DNA from: an uncultured Ignavibacteriales bacterium
GTDB lineage: Bacteria; Zixibacteria; MSB-5A5; GN15; FEB-12
Assembly (NCBI GenBank): GCA_964557855.1
Contig: CAZLBP010000014.1
Coordinates: forward strand, 13,653 to 77,652
Direction of reading: 5' to 3'
Length of the DNA: 64,000 nt
The position numbers and the translations under genes are program-made. Positions 19,411 to 28,968 of this stretch are shown here, piece by piece (position 1 is the stretch's first letter; every line of letters starts with the position of its first letter). The notes under the pieces are model-generated. The model was given only the letters and a program-made list of their open reading frames with translations. It ran no database searches and was not told the origin of the DNA.

Positions 19411-20979
19411 ATGATGAACAACACGATCATCCTGATTGCACTGGGTGTTCTGGTTGGCTTGGTCTCGTTCTTCGTGTCTTGGTTCCTGGCGCGCCGCGCT
19501 GCTGGCACGAGAGTCATCGAGGCCACCAATGAAGCCAAAAGGTTGGTTTCTGAGGCTAACAAAGAGGCTGAAATCAAGTTGAAGGAAGCCCGTCTCGAGG
19601 CTCGTGAAGAGCTTATGAAGCTCAAGAATGAGTTCGAGACTGAAGCCGATGCCAGACGCCGGGAACTGGAGTCGACTGAAAAACGGATTGAAGAACAACA
19701 GTCAACGTTAACCAAAAAGCTTGAAGTCCTGACCAACCGAGAAACCGATCTCGATAAGAGAGAGAAGAATCTGCTGACACGCGAAAAAGGAATATCTCTG
19801 CGCGAATCGGAACTCGAGGAGATAATAAACAATCAAAACGAGAAGCTCCAGAAGATTGCCCAAATGACGCCCGAAGAGGCAAAGAAGCAGCTAATGGACA
19901 ACATGTTGAGCGCCGCTCGAATCGAGGCGGCCCAATATGTGAAGGAAATTAAGGAAAAAGCCGAGGCGGATGCCGACAAAGAGGCCAAAGAGATAATCCT
20001 CTCTTCCATTTACCGATGCGCCGCCGATCACACGGTCGAAACGACAGTTTCGGTGGTCATTCTCCCTTCGGACGAAATGAAAGGGCGTATAATAGGCCGT
20101 GAGGGACGTAATATCCGTTCGTTCGAGACGGCTACCGGCATCGACGTGATAGTGGACGATACGCCGGAGGCGGTCATCCTTTCGGGCTATGATCCGGTCA
20201 GACGCGAGATCGCCCGCATGGCGCTTGAGAAACTGATTGTCGACGGGCGAATTCACCCGACTCGGATCGAAGACGTCGTAGAAAAATCAAAAAAGGAAAT
20301 GGAAGTGATCGTCCGTGAAGCTGGAGAACAGGCTTGTTTCGAACTCGGCGTCCACGGCCTGCATCCGGACGTGGTCAGGATGCTCGGCAAGCTCCATTTT
20401 CGTACATCTTACGGCCAAAATGTCCTGGCGCATTCCAAAGAAGTGGCTATGCTGTGTGGTTTAATGGCGGCGGAACTCGAACTGGACAGCACGCTGGCTA
20501 AGCGCTGCGGACTGTTACACGACGTCGGCAAGTCTATCGATCGAGAGACCGAAGGTACGCATACGCAGATCGGGGCGGACTTCATACGGCGCTACAAGGA
20601 ACCCGACGAGGTTGTCAACGCCATCGAATCGCATCACGGGGATGTACCGATGGTGGGACCGTTCCCGGTTCTGGTCCAGGCGGCCGACGCCATTTCCGGT
20701 TCCCGACCGGGTGCGCGCCGAGAGCCTCTGGAAGCGTATATCAAGCGCCTGCAGCAATTGGAGGAATTGGCTGACAGCTTCCGAGGAGTCTCCAAAGCGT
20801 ATGCCATTCAGGCCGGCCGTGAGGTCCGGGTAATCGTCGAGCATGAAACGCTGGACGATCTGGCAACGTCCATTTTGGCGGGAGACATCGCCGAGAAAAT
20901 CGAGCGTGAAATGCAATATCCCGGCCAGATCAAAGTGACCGTCGTCCGTGAAACCCGGGCGACTGAATTCGCGAAGTGA
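19411..20979 (+). CDS. rny: Ribonuclease Y
   Basis: N-terminal transmembrane helix, long coiled coil, KH domain ([15 protein letters not shown]) and HD domain (LLHDVGK...ESHHGD). Confidence 0.9.
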   Translation: MMNNTIILIALGVLVGLVSFFVSWFLARRAAGTRVIEATNEAKRLVSEANKEAEIKLKEARLEAREELMKLKNEFETEADARRRELESTEKRIEEQQSTLTKKLEVLTNRETDLDKREKNLLTREKGISLRESELEEIINNQNEKLQKIAQMTPEEAKKQLMDNMLSAARIEAAQYVKEIKEKAEADADKEAKEIILSSIYRCAADHTVETTVSVVILPSDEMKGRIIGREGRNIRSFETATGIDVIVDDTPEAVILSGYDPVRREIARMALEKLIVDGRIHPTRIEDVVEKSKKEMEVIVREAGEQACFELGVHGLHPDVVRMLGKLHFRTSYGQNVLAHSKEVAMLCGLMAAELELDSTLAKRCGLLHDVGKSIDRETEGTHTQIGADFIRRYKEPDEVVNAIESHHGDVPMVGPFPVLVQAADAISGSRPGARREPLEAYIKRLQQLEELADSFRGVSKAYAIQAGREVRVIVEHETLDDLATSILAGDIAEKIEREMQYPGQIKVTVVRETRATEFAK

Positions 20980-21021
20980 GACCGCTCTTGCGGCATGCGC
21001 GCTGAACCAGTCTCATTGGGC

Positions 21022-21074
21022 TGTTGCGGCAGGTCCTGCGAATCCACGGCAGGGGATGCGTATGTCCTGCCGCT
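21022..21074 (-). repeat. 53-nt imperfect-hairpin repeat, copy 1 (reverse orientation relative to copy 2 at 39401-39453)
   Basis: The reverse complement AGCGGCAGGACATACGCATCCCCTGCCGTGGATTCGCAGGACCTGCCGCAACA matches 39401-39453 at 46 of 53 positions by hand alignment. The arms GCGGCAGG/CCTGCCGC pair. Confidence 0.6.
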
Positions 21075-21305
21075 GTTATCTCGTAACGAATTACCTGCCA
21101 GGTCATCCGCCGCAGGCCAATTGACATTTGATCAGAACCTGACACCACAGGAACCGGGGTTTTGCAACATGCCCCGGCACTCCGAATTAGTCGTTGATTT
21201 TCAGACCGTATGGAGTTACACTGAAAGCAACATGTTTTTCACTTACAAGATGTCTTTTGGTACTGCCCACACGGATGTGTGGTCGGCTGGCGAGGGGATA
21301 CTCCG

Positions 21306-22157
21306 ATGTCGAATATGAAGATTCTGTTTGTGGCTGATGTATGCGGCAAGGTGGGACGGCAAGCCGCCGCACATATGGTGAAGCCGCTGCGCACCAAGTA
21401 CGAGGCTGACTACGTCATCGCCAACGTTGAAAACGCCGCCGGCGGTTTCGGCATAACTCCGGAAATGTCGCGCAAAATGTTCTCTTATGGCATGGACCTG
21501 CAGACGTCGGGTAACCACATCTGGGACCGATACGAGATCATTTCCTATTTCAATACCTCTCCCAAGCTTCTGCGGCCCGCCAATTTCCCGCCGGGCGTTC
21601 CCGGGGAAGGAATGCTCGTAGACACCGTGGCAGACAAGAAGATCGGTGTCATCAACCTTATGGGGCGAACCTACATGAAAGATATCGACTGTCCCTTTTC
21701 GGTCGGCCGGGAACTGGTTACCAGAATACGGACCCAGACCAAAGTCATATTCATAGACTTTCACGCCGAGGCAACTTCCGAAAAGCAAGCTCTGCATTAC
21801 TACCTCGACGGTCAGGTCTCCGCTGTTGTGGGGACCCACACGCATGTACAGACGGCTGATGAATACGTGAGTTCTTTGGGGACAGCTTACATCACCGATG
21901 CCGGCATGACCGGTCCGCACGACTCCATTATAGGCATGGAGAAAGAACCCTCTCTGCAGCGTTTTCTGACAGGGATGCCCCGTCGGTTTTCGACCGCATC
22001 GGAAGATGTGAGATTATCGGGAGTCTTTCTGGAGGTAGAGAGTGAGACGGGTCGGGCCGTCCGATTCGAGCGGTTCATTCACAAGTTCGATAGCGACAGC
22101 TTCAAGCCTGAAGACATCACCGGTATACCAAAAGAGCAAGTGACGCGAGAAACGTAA
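21306..22157 (+). CDS. ymdB: YmdB-like metallophosphoesterase (2',3'-cyclic-nucleotide phosphodiesterase family)
   Basis: MKILFVADVCGKVGR...ANVENAAGGFGIT...GNHIWD...DFHAEATSEK...GTHTHVQTADE; conserved rny-ymdB pairing. Start ATG 21306 follows GAGGGGA. Confidence 0.8.
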   Translation: MSNMKILFVADVCGKVGRQAAAHMVKPLRTKYEADYVIANVENAAGGFGITPEMSRKMFSYGMDLQTSGNHIWDRYEIISYFNTSPKLLRPANFPPGVPGEGMLVDTVADKKIGVINLMGRTYMKDIDCPFSVGRELVTRIRTQTKVIFIDFHAEATSEKQALHYYLDGQVSAVVGTHTHVQTADEYVSSLGTAYITDAGMTGPHDSIIGMEKEPSLQRFLTGMPRRFSTASEDVRLSGVFLEVESETGRAVRFERFIHKFDSDSFKPEDITGIPKEQVTRET

Positions 22158-22177
22158 AGGTAAAGGATTAGGTTAAT

Positions 22178-23086
22178 ATGTCGGCGCAACTTATTGATGG
22201 TAAAATAGTAGCAGCCAGCATTCTTGATAGTCTGCAGTCTCGAATCGACGGCTTGAAAACACAGGGCGTAACGCCCGGTTTGGCGGCCGTTTTGGTAGGC
22301 GAGGATCCGGCCTCTAAGACGTATGTCAACGCCAAGATAAAAGCCTGTAAGAAACTGGGTCTGTATTCCGAGGTTATCATGGAGTCCGCCGATCTGGATC
22401 AAAGCGAGTTGATTCGTATTGTGGAAGGTCTGAATACCAATGAACAAGTCCATGGCATTCTCGTCCAGTCTCCCTTGCCTGCCCAAATCGATGAGTTGTC
22501 CGTCACTCTGGCCATTGATCCGACCAAGGACGTGGATGGCTTTCATCCCCACAACGTGGGTATGATGCTGATTGGAAGGCCAGGTCTGCTGCCCTGTACT
22601 CCACACGGTATCATCAAGCTGCTGGCATATTACAACATCAATCCGGCCGGCAAAGAAGTGGTTGTTGTCGGACGCTCGAATATCGTTGGAAAGCCGATTA
22701 CGGCGATGTTGCTGCAAAAGGCCGACATGGCCAATGCGACGGTGACCATAGCACATTCGCGCACCAAGAATCTGGAGGCGGTTGTGGCACGGGCCGATAT
22801 TGTCATCGCTGCCATTGGCCGCCCCAAAACGATTACGACCAATATGATTAAAGAGGGAGCAACTGTAATTGATGTCGGTGTGAACCGGGTCGAGGATAGT
22901 TCCGCCAAGCGCGGCTATCGTCTGGTGGGTGACGTGGATTTTGAGGCTTGTCAGGAAAAGGCTTCGTTTGTTACACCGGTGCCGGGTGGGGTCGGTCCGA
23001 TGACTATTGCAATGCTGATGTCTAATACGGTTCTAGCAGCGGAACACTCTTTTTCAAAGAAAACCCAGCAGTCGGTCAATCTGTAA
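22178..23086 (+). CDS. folD: Bifunctional methylenetetrahydrofolate dehydrogenase/cyclohydrolase
   Basis: LIDGKIVAASI...PGLAAVLVGEDPASKTYV...GILVQSPLP...VVVVGRSNIVGKP...TPVPGGVGPMT. Confidence 0.95.
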   Translation: MSAQLIDGKIVAASILDSLQSRIDGLKTQGVTPGLAAVLVGEDPASKTYVNAKIKACKKLGLYSEVIMESADLDQSELIRIVEGLNTNEQVHGILVQSPLPAQIDELSVTLAIDPTKDVDGFHPHNVGMMLIGRPGLLPCTPHGIIKLLAYYNINPAGKEVVVVGRSNIVGKPITAMLLQKADMANATVTIAHSRTKNLEAVVARADIVIAAIGRPKTITTNMIKEGATVIDVGVNRVEDSSAKRGYRLVGDVDFEACQEKASFVTPVPGGVGPMTIAMLMSNTVLAAEHSFSKKTQQSVNL

Positions 23087-23343
23087 AACTATTACAATTT
23101 GCTGCATTGCGTTGCATATTCCATCGTTGTGTCGTCTGGTTTGCGCTGCAGCCTCAAGTGTGAACGTAGCTCTTCAGTCGAGACCTGATGGTTTCGAATA
23201 GCACCTTGTTCGTATGATTCGCTTTGTGTCAGTTTGGCACGAATGTGATAAATGGAATTAAGACGCGCAGAACCGTCTGTGAGGCATAAGGTTTGCTGCA
23301 ATATCGTGTTGTTGGTGAGACTTCAGGAAGATAAGCCGGTTCC

Positions 23344-26300
23344 ATGAAAATATACACACTGATTCTCTGCGTTCTTGTCTCGATTTCTGGTCAGGGAGCG
23401 CTGTCCGACGAACGGAATTTGCTTCACCAGGTAGAATCGCTCATGACAGAAATCGGGAGTGCAGGTACATTTAGCTCTTCTCAGCAGTTCGGCCAGTTAA
23501 CCGATTTCGAGGTCTCGCCGTCAAATGCAGTTGCAGGCGCGACGTCCGACTACCGGTTCACATTCGGTTTGTTACCGGAGTATGTCATTGCGCTTGATAG
23601 CGGGAGTGTGCTTCTCTCCATTCAGGGTGAATTCGGCTTGGCGAATGTCTCAGCCGGCTCGTTCTCAGCCAATACAGCTATCGTAGATTATGAGATAGGA
23701 CTGGTTGAATACACCGGCAACTACGTTGTGGTGATCCTGGATCAAATTGCAAAGAACATCCCGGACAGCCTTGGAACCGAACCCATCGACATCACCATAG
23801 AGCTGACTGATATCGTCAACCCGACAGCGGCAGGCGAATACCGCGTCACCGGATTTGTGTTCAATTCGAGTCCGACTCTCCTGGCAGGACCGACCGAGTC
23901 TGCAGCCTTTTCGATTGTTGCCGGTGCGGTTGAGAGTCTTCTAATTCAGCCGGTCGGCGATCTGAACATAAGAGCGGGAGAGAGTCTGGAATTCGAAGCC
24001 GAAGGCTTCGACATGTACGGCAATATGATTTCGCCTTTAATAGCGGAATGGCGACTTCAAGCGGGATCGGACTCGATAGGCACAGTCTCGGGGGGAAGAT
24101 TAGAGGTGTCACGAGTGGGTCAGGGGCGGGTGGAAGTCACAAGCGGCGGCGTCGTGACACGATCAGGAATTATCACAGTCCTGCCCGGTACGCTGGCTTC
24201 CATGGTCCTGGAAATCTACCCGGAGCAAATCGTGGGGCAGCCTTTTATTCCCGATGCCTCGATAACGCTTCGCGACGGCTACGAAAACCTGAAAACGGAT
24301 TATGATATTGAAGCCAAACCCATCGCTTTGATAATCAACGACGGTAGACTTCTGCCCGATACACTTTCAAATGCAGATCTGTTGACCGATGGGCAGATCG
24401 ACCTGTCCGCACTGCCTCTGCGCTACGAAGGTCCCACGACCGTTACGCATCTCTACGCCACCACCAACGGTTACGTTAACACTGCGCCCGTAACGCTCTC
24501 TTTGAACGGATATGATATACTTGATATTCTGGACGCCAGGGGTCAAACACTCCAATCGATTTACAGCGGCGTAGAAACTCTCGTCGACGTGATTCTCACG
24601 AACGGAGGGCGGTTGATGCCGGAGGTGTCGCCGGAATTGACGTTCTCTTTGAATCCGGTGATTCCGCTGGCCAGTTCATCGACACCGGGACTGGCGGACG
24701 GCCGGGTAGATACGATAAGTCTGTTCCTCCCGCCCATCGATTCCGACACAACCGATACGACCTTGACGGCCGTTGCTGAAGCTCTCTTTCTGACAAACGA
24801 CTCCCTTCGTACATATGTTGACACGCTGAAAGTACCGGTGGCGGTGCTCGCGCCGAGACGGGTGCGAGCGGTACCGCATTCGCTGACTCCCGATACCATC
24901 TACCCGGGACAGCCGTTTGATCTTTCCGTCAAACTAGCCGCCGCCGACGTAACCTATGCCCCGACCGCTCCCAAACTGCGCATCAATCTGATGCTGCCGG
25001 GGGGGAACATGGGGCCATCCCTGGTTAATGAGTTCGTCGAACCGCTTTCGATTTTCGAGGATACAATCGCCTATTCCGGAATTGAGGGCAGGTTGGCGGC
25101 GACCGGCGGGGCGTCAAGCGGTCGGTTGAGCCTGTATATGAATTACTTACATGAAACGAGCGAAGCGATCTATGTGCTCAGCGACCAATTGGCCGACTCG
25201 ATTTACGTGCTGCCGGAAATACAGGTGAGGTATATCGACAATTCGTTCGGTCCTCTGTCGGTCTACGCTGGGAATGAGGCCTCGTTCGGCTTCAACATCG
25301 AACTGGACGGTGAATACTCGGTGCCGGTGATCCTGGAGGATGCGGTTGTCCGAGTGCTGGGGGCCAATTACTCGCTCGCGACCAACTTGCGCTTCGTGGA
25401 TCCGCGTCTCAATCCGGGCGTCAACCTGGTCGAAACGGAGAAGCTGTTCATTCCGGAAGACCAATTGGGTGAGTCACTGGCGCTCTCGGCGCAGCTGTCA
25501 TACGCGATTCCCGGCACCAGGAATGTCCTGACGTTCACGACCGACTTCGATAACACGCCGGTGCAGGTAACGGAACAGCCGGTGGCCCAGATCACCGGTC
25601 TTGAGATACTCGCTCCCAACGTACCCAACGTCAACACGTCGCAGTCGTTTCAAGCACGGTGCCTGCTGGCCAATCTGTCGGGGTCGCCTTTGGGGCCGCT
25701 GTTCCTGCAGCTCAGCAGCGACGGCAACTCCAGTTTCGATTCTTTGACCACCGTCCCCAGCGTTCCACCCTTTGATACTATCGAGGTGATCTTCGACATC
25801 ACGGCCGATACATTTCCGATTAACCAAGAGGTATTCAAAGTCGATATCGCCTCGCCCCATATTGTGGATAAACCGCCCGTTGATAACGTGGCGGTCGTAA
25901 GGATCGAGCGACCCGCGGAATTAGAGCTGTCGTTCGATCTGTTCGGCGCGGACGACGGTATCGTCGATCATAATGGAGCGTTTTCAGCGGCCGTAGCCTT
26001 ACACAACGTGGGTCAGGCCGACGCTTCGGAGGTACCCTACCGATTGACGACCGGGGGAGTGGACTTCGGTCTCGATGACACCGTATCCGGTGTCATTCAC
26101 GTGAATGATCCCATTCCCTTCTTCTTTGTGGCCCCGGAGTTTGATACGTCGGTCGTATTTAAATTCGAGTTACTGGAGCACCCCATCGACCTGAATAGCG
26201 GCGAACCGGCCGTATTGAATGATTCGACTATCTCATTTTCTATTGAGGTGGAATTGCTGGCGACAGAATTGGAGGTGGCGGTATCCACAACGGGATCCAA

Positions 26301-27051
26301 TCTCGTCGTGCCGGGACGTCAGAAGGAGCTCTTTGAGATATCATTCACGAATCAGGGCGCGGCATCGGTCAGCACCGTGTATTTGAATCGACTGGAGCTG
26401 TCGTTTCTACGAGATGACAACACACCCCTGGATGTCGGCGGCCTGCTGGACCTGGAGCAAACATCATTCGTGGAAGGCGGTCAGGCCGTATCGACCACCT
26501 GGCGCGGGGGAGATATATTGATCGCTTATTTCCAAGACTTCGTAATTCCGCCGCAGGAGACGCGGACAATTCAATTTCTGACTGCGCTTCTCGGCGATTC
26601 GTTCACACCGGTGACAGTGCATATGGAAACCGATGACATTGAAGCTCGCTTTCTTGAGGGACCTTACGTCGGAGACACGGTCACCGTTATGAGTCAGTCC
26701 GGCAGCCGTCTGCTGTTGTCACAGATGTACGTGACCAAGGGGCAGAGCCTCAAGGAGTCCTTCTTGATCAGGAACAACCCGTTCGATCCGCATTCCGCTC
26801 CGGCCGAGTTTACGTACGAACTACAGGAACCGTCGGCGGTCGAATTTCGGGTGTTCACATTGACGGGAGAAAAAGTTCACGCCCGCTTTCTGGAGGTTGG
26901 TCAGCCGGGCACGTCCGTTGGTGAGCAGACGTTGACCTGGGACGGCCGCAACGACGAGGGACACATAGTACATAACGGCATTTTTGTCGTCATCTTGAAC
27001 GTCATCAAGACGGGTGCTGAAGCGCGACTAAAGGTGGCCGTGGTCAAGTAA
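23344..27051 (+). CDS. Large secreted/surface protein with Ig-like (Big_2-type) domains and a FlgD-Ig/T9SS-like C-terminal domain
   Basis: Signal peptide MKIYTLILCVLVSISG. A Big_2-like segment lies around residues 195-280. The C-terminus NNPFDP...LTWDGRNDEGHIVHNGIFVVILNV...LKVAVVK is typical of the sorting-type beta-sandwich. Confidence 0.65.
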   Translation: MKIYTLILCVLVSISGQGALSDERNLLHQVESLMTEIGSAGTFSSSQQFGQLTDFEVSPSNAVAGATSDYRFTFGLLPEYVIALDSGSVLLSIQGEFGLANVSAGSFSANTAIVDYEIGLVEYTGNYVVVILDQIAKNIPDSLGTEPIDITIELTDIVNPTAAGEYRVTGFVFNSSPTLLAGPTESAAFSIVAGAVESLLIQPVGDLNIRAGESLEFEAEGFDMYGNMISPLIAEWRLQAGSDSIGTVSGGRLEVSRVGQGRVEVTSGGVVTRSGIITVLPGTLASMVLEIYPEQIVGQPFIPDASITLRDGYENLKTDYDIEAKPIALIINDGRLLPDTLSNADLLTDGQIDLSALPLRYEGPTTVTHLYATTNGYVNTAPVTLSLNGYDILDILDARGQTLQSIYSGVETLVDVILTNGGRLMPEVSPELTFSLNPVIPLASSSTPGLADGRVDTISLFLPPIDSDTTDTTLTAVAEALFLTNDSLRTYVDTLKVPVAVLAPRRVRAVPHSLTPDTIYPGQPFDLSVKLAAADVTYAPTAPKLRINLMLPGGNMGPSLVNEFVEPLSIFEDTIAYSGIEGRLAATGGASSGRLSLYMNYLHETSEAIYVLSDQLADSIYVLPEIQVRYIDNSFGPLSVYAGNEASFGFNIELDGEYSVPVILEDAVVRVLGANYSLATNLRFVDPRLNPGVNLVETEKLFIPEDQLGESLALSAQLSYAIPGTRNVLTFTTDFDNTPVQVTEQPVAQITGLEILAPNVPNVNTSQSFQARCLLANLSGSPLGPLFLQLSSDGNSSFDSLTTVPSVPPFDTIEVIFDITADTFPINQEVFKVDIASPHIVDKPPVDNVAVVRIERPAELELSFDLFGADDGIVDHNGAFSAAVALHNVGQADASEVPYRLTTGGVDFGLDDTVSGVIHVNDPIPFFFVAPEFDTSVVFKFELLEHPIDLNSGEPAVLNDSTISFSIEVELLATELEVAVSTTGSNLVVPGRQKELFEISFTNQGAASVSTVYLNRLELSFLRDDNTPLDVGGLLDLEQTSFVEGGQAVSTTWRGGDILIAYFQDFVIPPQETRTIQFLTALLGDSFTPVTVHMETDDIEARFLEGPYVGDTVTVMSQSGSRLLLSQMYVTKGQSLKESFLIRNNPFDPHSAPAEFTYELQEPSAVEFRVFTLTGEKVHARFLEVGQPGTSVGEQTLTWDGRNDEGHIVHNGIFVVILNVIKTGAEARLKVAVVK

Positions 27052-28910
27052 TGAACACCGTTCGCACGATATTCGTCTGTTTTTTCGGCGTTGCCTGCGG
27101 GTTCGGCCCGGCAGCTGCCGGTGATGCCGGAATTGAGTCGCCGTTTGCAGCCGGCGCGGGCGCGCGGGCGCTCGGGTTGGGGGGTGCCTTCACGTCACTG
27201 GCCAACGACGCCTCGGCCGTGTTTTACAATCCCTCCGGTTTGTCCCGCCTGCCTCACCAGGAGATTACCGGCATGCACATGACGCTGTTTGAAGGGACGA
27301 TTTACGACTACCTGGGCTGGGTCTATCCCACTCCTACTATGGGTGGCTTCGGTATCGCTTACCTGCGGATTGGGACGCAGGACATCGTACGTCGCGAAGA
27401 ATATCGCGAACTCGGTTCGTTCGACTATTCGTACTCGCAGTTCCTTCTGTCTTATGGCCGACAACTGAAAGGAGGGTTGTCGGCCGGAGCCAGTCTGAAA
27501 ATCGTGAATCAGTCACTCGATCCATATTCGGATTATGGCCTCGGACTGGATTTCGGCATGATGGCTAGATTGACGCGGCACGTTCAGGCGGGGCTGATGG
27601 CGCGCGATATCATTCCGGCCACACTTGAATTGCGTTCGCAGGAAGACACGGTGCGAATCGCCGACATAGGTGAAACCTTGCCCGTCACACTGGCAGGGGG
27701 AGTCGCGCTCACAAGCATTGCTCTCAGGCGGGACATGAGTCTCACTGCCGCATTTGAGCTGGAGAAAACGGAAAACCGGTCGGCCAAACTGCATGCCGGA
27801 GCGGAGTTGCTCCTCAAAGAGGCGTATGGCATTCGGGCCGGTTACGATCGCGACAATTTCTCTTTTGGAGTCGGGCTGCGGTACGATCGCCTGCATTTCG
27901 ATTACGCGTACAAGTTGATGGATTATATCGCCGACAGTCATCGCTTCTCGGTTTCATACCGGATCGGGGCTTCGATTCCGGAGCAGATCCGGCGGCGTGA
28001 GCTCGAAGAAGAGCGGAAGGGCAATGAGTTGTTGGAAGACGAACGCCGCCGCCAATACCTCTTCTATAAGGACAAGGCCAATCAATTCTATCGTCAGTAT
28101 CAGCTCGATTCTGCCCTGACGTACTATCAGCGGGCTCTGGCTTTCAACGAAACCGATGAGGAAGTAATCAAGACAATTGATGCTATCAAAGGGGCTCAGG
28201 AAGTACTGCGAGCCCGGAACCGCGACATGCAGGAGTCGGAGCGAGAGAATCTGAGCACGATCGAGGCCTACTATAATCAGGCCCAGAGCTTTTTCGCCAG
28301 GGAGTATTACCCGCCCGCCCTGGATATGCTGGGTCTTATACTCGATATCGATCCCGAGCACTCGGAAGCGCTGGCCCTGAAGACCACCGTGGAGCAAGTG
28401 GTCGACAATGAAATAGCGGCGGGTCTCCGCGCGGCCCGTCGGGCCCAGCAGGAAGGGGACTATATCGGCGCCATCGAAGACTACACGCGGCTGCTGTATC
28501 TGGAGCCGGACAACGAACAGGTGCGGCGGGAAAAACAGGAAGTGGTGGAGAAGATCGATCTGTCCCGGTATCTTAATCTCGGTATCGATCTGTTTCGCGC
28601 CGGTCACTATGCCGAGGCGCGTGAGAAATTCATGCTGGTTCTGTCCGCCAAGCCGAACGAATCGGTAGCCAAAGACTACGTGGACCGGATCGACGTCGCC
28701 CTGGCCCATCCACCGACGTTGACCACGATTCAAAGCGACCGACGGGTCTGGCAGCAGTACCTCAACGGTCTTCGCCATATGCGCAGCAAAGAGTATCAAC
28801 TGGCCATCGAGTCGTGGGAGAAAGTGCTGGAGGCCTACCCCAACAATAAGAGCACGCTCGACAACCTGGAACAGGCCCGGCTGCGGCTCAAGCTCGAGCG
28901 GGGGGAATAG
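27051..28910 (+). CDS. PorV/FadL-like outer-membrane beta-barrel fused to a coiled-coil and TPR C-terminal half
   Basis: Signal peptide, then GAGARALGLGGAFTSLANDASAVFYNPSGLSRL and alternating beta-strand patterns ending HRFSVSYRIG. This is followed by about 300 aa of TPR-like repeats. The start shares 1 nt with the upstream stop (TAATG). Confidence 0.55.
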   Translation: MNTVRTIFVCFFGVACGFGPAAAGDAGIESPFAAGAGARALGLGGAFTSLANDASAVFYNPSGLSRLPHQEITGMHMTLFEGTIYDYLGWVYPTPTMGGFGIAYLRIGTQDIVRREEYRELGSFDYSYSQFLLSYGRQLKGGLSAGASLKIVNQSLDPYSDYGLGLDFGMMARLTRHVQAGLMARDIIPATLELRSQEDTVRIADIGETLPVTLAGGVALTSIALRRDMSLTAAFELEKTENRSAKLHAGAELLLKEAYGIRAGYDRDNFSFGVGLRYDRLHFDYAYKLMDYIADSHRFSVSYRIGASIPEQIRRRELEEERKGNELLEDERRRQYLFYKDKANQFYRQYQLDSALTYYQRALAFNETDEEVIKTIDAIKGAQEVLRARNRDMQESERENLSTIEAYYNQAQSFFAREYYPPALDMLGLILDIDPEHSEALALKTTVEQVVDNEIAAGLRAARRAQQEGDYIGAIEDYTRLLYLEPDNEQVRREKQEVVEKIDLSRYLNLGIDLFRAGHYAEAREKFMLVLSAKPNESVAKDYVDRIDVALAHPPTLTTIQSDRRVWQQYLNGLRHMRSKEYQLAIESWEKVLEAYPNNKSTLDNLEQARLRLKLERGE

Positions 28911-28968
28911 CACGGCCGGGTCGGTTAGGATCGGCTTCCGGGAGAAACTCGGCTCGCCTACGTAGTCC

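Noticed and set aside
23235-23250. Possible sigma54 promoter TGGCACGAATGTGATA upstream of the large surface protein.
   Set aside because: The -24 GG is present, but the -12 position reads AT/GA instead of GC at the required GG-N10-GC spacing.
23092-23301. 69-aa minus-strand ORF between folD and the 1235-aa gene.
   Set aside because: It has no SD and no recognisable motif, and it is convergent on folD with a 5-nt gap. I cannot support it.
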